A stretch of 64,000 nt of DNA from Hemiscyllium ocellatum. Lineage: Eukaryota. The DNA lies in the NCBI RefSeq assembly GCF_020745735.1, contig NC_083407.1, positions 70,671,857 through 70,735,856 on the forward strand, in the 5' to 3' direction. The notes beneath the pieces are model-generated. The model ran no database searches. It was not told where the DNA came from and worked only from the letters and a program-made list of their open reading frames with translations. Made by a program: the position numbers and the translations under genes. Below, piece by piece: positions 62,001 to 64,000 of the stretch. The first letter of the stretch is position 1. Each line of letters starts with the position of its first letter.

Positions 62001-62541
62001 TCTTCAAATCGGTACTTGTTATTATCACCAGTTAAAACTCTGTCATTTTGGATCCATGTAACATCAGGAGTTGGCTCTCCAGAAATTAAACATTCAAACA
62101 TTACGGATTCTCCTTCCGCACAACAAATCCTATCCAGTTCTTTCACAACCTGTGGCGGTTCAGAAATTACGTCAAAAGAGAAAGTAAATTTATGCTTTGC
62201 AGTCTGTGAGAATGGTTCTTGAGATGAATCCTTGGAATCAAATTTATCTTCTTGCACTAACTGTTTATGCTCCTCATCTTGCTCTGGTGTTGGGGTTGGA
62301 GCAGTTATTTTAATTTCAACAGGAGAAGAAAGTAAAGAAAAACCTCTTGGACAAGGTTTGGGCACTGAAGCTTTTGGTAATTGTAAGGTAGATCCTGTTT
62401 TAGCAAATTCTGGAAAATATGATTCCATTTCATTTTCAATCAGCTGATCAACATTATCTTCTTCAGTCTTGTTCTCTGGTGCCTCAGTCACATGTATATC
62501 AAACCTTTGCAAAGATTCTTCGAACAACTTTGCTTCTGGTT
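59030..62541 (-). CDS. ttn: titin novex-3 terminal exon (4 Ig domains, ends in stop codon)
   Basis: Acceptor ttttccag|AA at 62542; ORF to TAA at 59030; matches recalled human novex-3 C-terminus (PPAFIKPL..GGTLTFIIEV, ALPPPVTHQHVIEFD, SPSPQEILLEVEL, EMPPRF..DFEIPENTDAVF). Confidence 0.93.
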
Positions 62542-62653
62542 CTGGAAAATAAATGTTATTTTACCTTAATTGAAAATCCTAATTCATAAATATCTAATTA
62601 CAACATATTTTAATTTTTTAAAAAGTTCATCAGTAAAGAATGGTGAATCTTAC

Positions 62654-64000
62654 CTTGTATTGTAAGGGTCGCAAATGTGGATGCAGTTCCATATTGGTTG
62701 AATATTACACATGCATATACTCCTTCATGTTCTTTGCAAGTGCACCCAATACTCATTGTAGATCTGTTTTCTGTGGAGTGAATATTATAGTCCCTATTTC
62801 GAGAAATTGGGCATTCACCCTTATACCAAACTACAGTAGGTTGTGGGTGCCCATAAAACTGGCATTCAAGCTCACATGATTCTCCTTGCTTAATTTCAGA
62901 AGATGCAATATGATGGAAAAATGCAGGTGGGCAATGGTTGACTGCAGAAGTCTCTTGTTTTAGAGGTCCTTCTGTCACTACAAATTCAGATTGGCTGCTT
63001 GGTACTTCTGTTGATGTCTCTTCCATGAATGAACTGATGAAACCTGATGTTTTGTTATCCTCTGTTGAGCAAGGCATTTTTCCTGTTTGGATTTTACTTT
63101 TGACTTTCCATTTTTGTTGTGATTCTTTCTGACTAATTTCAGATGTGCTAACCATTGCTGTTTCTCCATCTGTTGATTGATCAGTTGTTCCATGGCCATG
63201 TGCTTGGTTTTCTATCAGAAAGTCTTTGTGCATTCTGGTAACACTGTCAAAAGCTGTCTCATGGCCTTCCCTAAATTCTGTTTTGTCAGGTGATCCTATT
63301 TTGCCAATTGGAGATGGCTTTTTCAATGCACTAACATAGGTTAAAGTTTCCATTTCCTCTGATAAAGGAGAAGTTTTTATCATCCAGGGTGGACTCACAA
63401 TCTTTGCCTCATATTGTGGCTCTTTCTGTTTGATTTTAGCTACACCTATCATTTCAATGCGATTTTCTGCTGATTTGGATTGCTCATGTACATCATGACC
63501 TTCTTCAGGCTTCCCTGATTGCACATCCTCTTGTACATGGTCAAAACCTGCAATCTGTTGGTCAAAAGCTGTTTCATGGTCTTCCATAAGTTCAAATCCA
63601 TATCCAGGTTCTTTTGCATCAATCGCTGTTTTTTTTATCGATGAACTGAAAGAGGTTGGCTCAAGTTTGCTATCTGGCAAAGAAGGATGGAGTATTTGAA
63701 TAGTGTTTCTTGCCATACCTGCAGGTTGTAACTCTTTATGGGAGACTTTAGAAAAGATGGTTGTCTCTATTTGTTTTACCACTGGTTTTGACCTGTTGGA
63801 TGCAGGATGGGCATCTTTAGATATTTCTGCTACAAAATCTCTGTCAGGTACAGTAAAGACATCAGCAGATATTTCTGTTATAAAATCTGTGATAGGTATT
63901 CCATGGACATCGTCAGGTCTTTCTACGACAAAATCTCTGTCAGCTACAGGATGGGCATCTGCAGATATTTCTGTTACAAAATCTCTGTCAGGTATAGTAT
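62654..64000 (-). CDS. ttn: titin novex-3-like region, upstream exon (5' end outside window); acidic repeats plus one Ig domain
   Basis: Frame open from the window edge through ORF 62610..63782; Ig PPAFFHHIASSEIKQGESCELECQ...YACVIFNQYGTASTFATLTIQ; donor AG|GTAAGA at 62653. Confidence 0.85.
63800..64000 (-). repeat. 48-bp (16-aa) coding tandem repeat in novex-3
   Basis: TIPDRDFVTEISADAH / PVADRDFVVERPDDVH / GIPITDFITEISADVF / TVPDRDFVAEISKDAH; continues past the window edge. Confidence 0.85.

Larger units (their letters stand above)
1..64000 (-). other. ttn: titin gene, partial (novex-3, N2B and I-band tandem-Ig region); extends beyond both window edges
   Basis: 62 minus-strand exons encoding I-set Ig domains in titin order; N2B and novex-3 peptides closely match recalled vertebrate titin (e.g. 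PPPVTHQHVIEFD, QGEYVCEALNEAGKATTSAKLTV, DKPHFIK..ECQVDEDR). Confidence 0.98.

Noticed and set aside
743-62447. Many plus-strand ORFs of 60-147 aa overlapping Ig exons (e.g. 1162..1554, 17514..17849, 61443..61883)
   Set aside because: Antisense shadows of titin codons; they recur at equivalent positions of paralogous exons and show no independent protein features

Overview
The whole window lies inside one eukaryotic gene on the minus strand: the giant muscle protein titin (ttn). It is almost certainly from a cartilaginous fish (shark-like), judged from HE1-type SINEs, CR1/L2 fragments and Penelope elements in the introns. In transcription order (high to low coordinates) it contains: the end of a novex-3-like region, split here into two exons by a 112-bp intron and ending in a stop at 59030; the large cardiac N2B exon (3 Ig domains plus a unique sequence); two linker exons (equivalent to human exons 50 and 51); and 57 single-Ig, phase-1/phase-1 cassette exons of the differentially spliced I-band. 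These 57 exons form nine consecutive copies of a six-class unit, which I label A-F-E-D-C-B (A = 282 bp, C = 288 bp, others 279 bp), and the ninth copy continues into three further domain types (G, H, C'), i.e. the start of the 10-Ig super-repeat. Exon boundaries were read by hand from AG/GT sites, and all give lengths divisible by 3. Main points of interest: (1) 8 hexamer super-repeats versus the 3 I recall for human; (2) a 12-exon tandem duplication with a chimeric junction exon and patchy near-identity; (3) loss of the invariant Ig Trp in a duplicated exon pair; (4) systematic avoidance of GTA donors across the array; (5) a hidden ~74-aa periodicity in the N2B unique sequence; (6) a split novex-3 with a strong phase-compatible internal donor; (7) a 120-bp CpG-dense patch found in only one of two paralogous introns. 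Comparisons with human titin come from memory and no database search was run.
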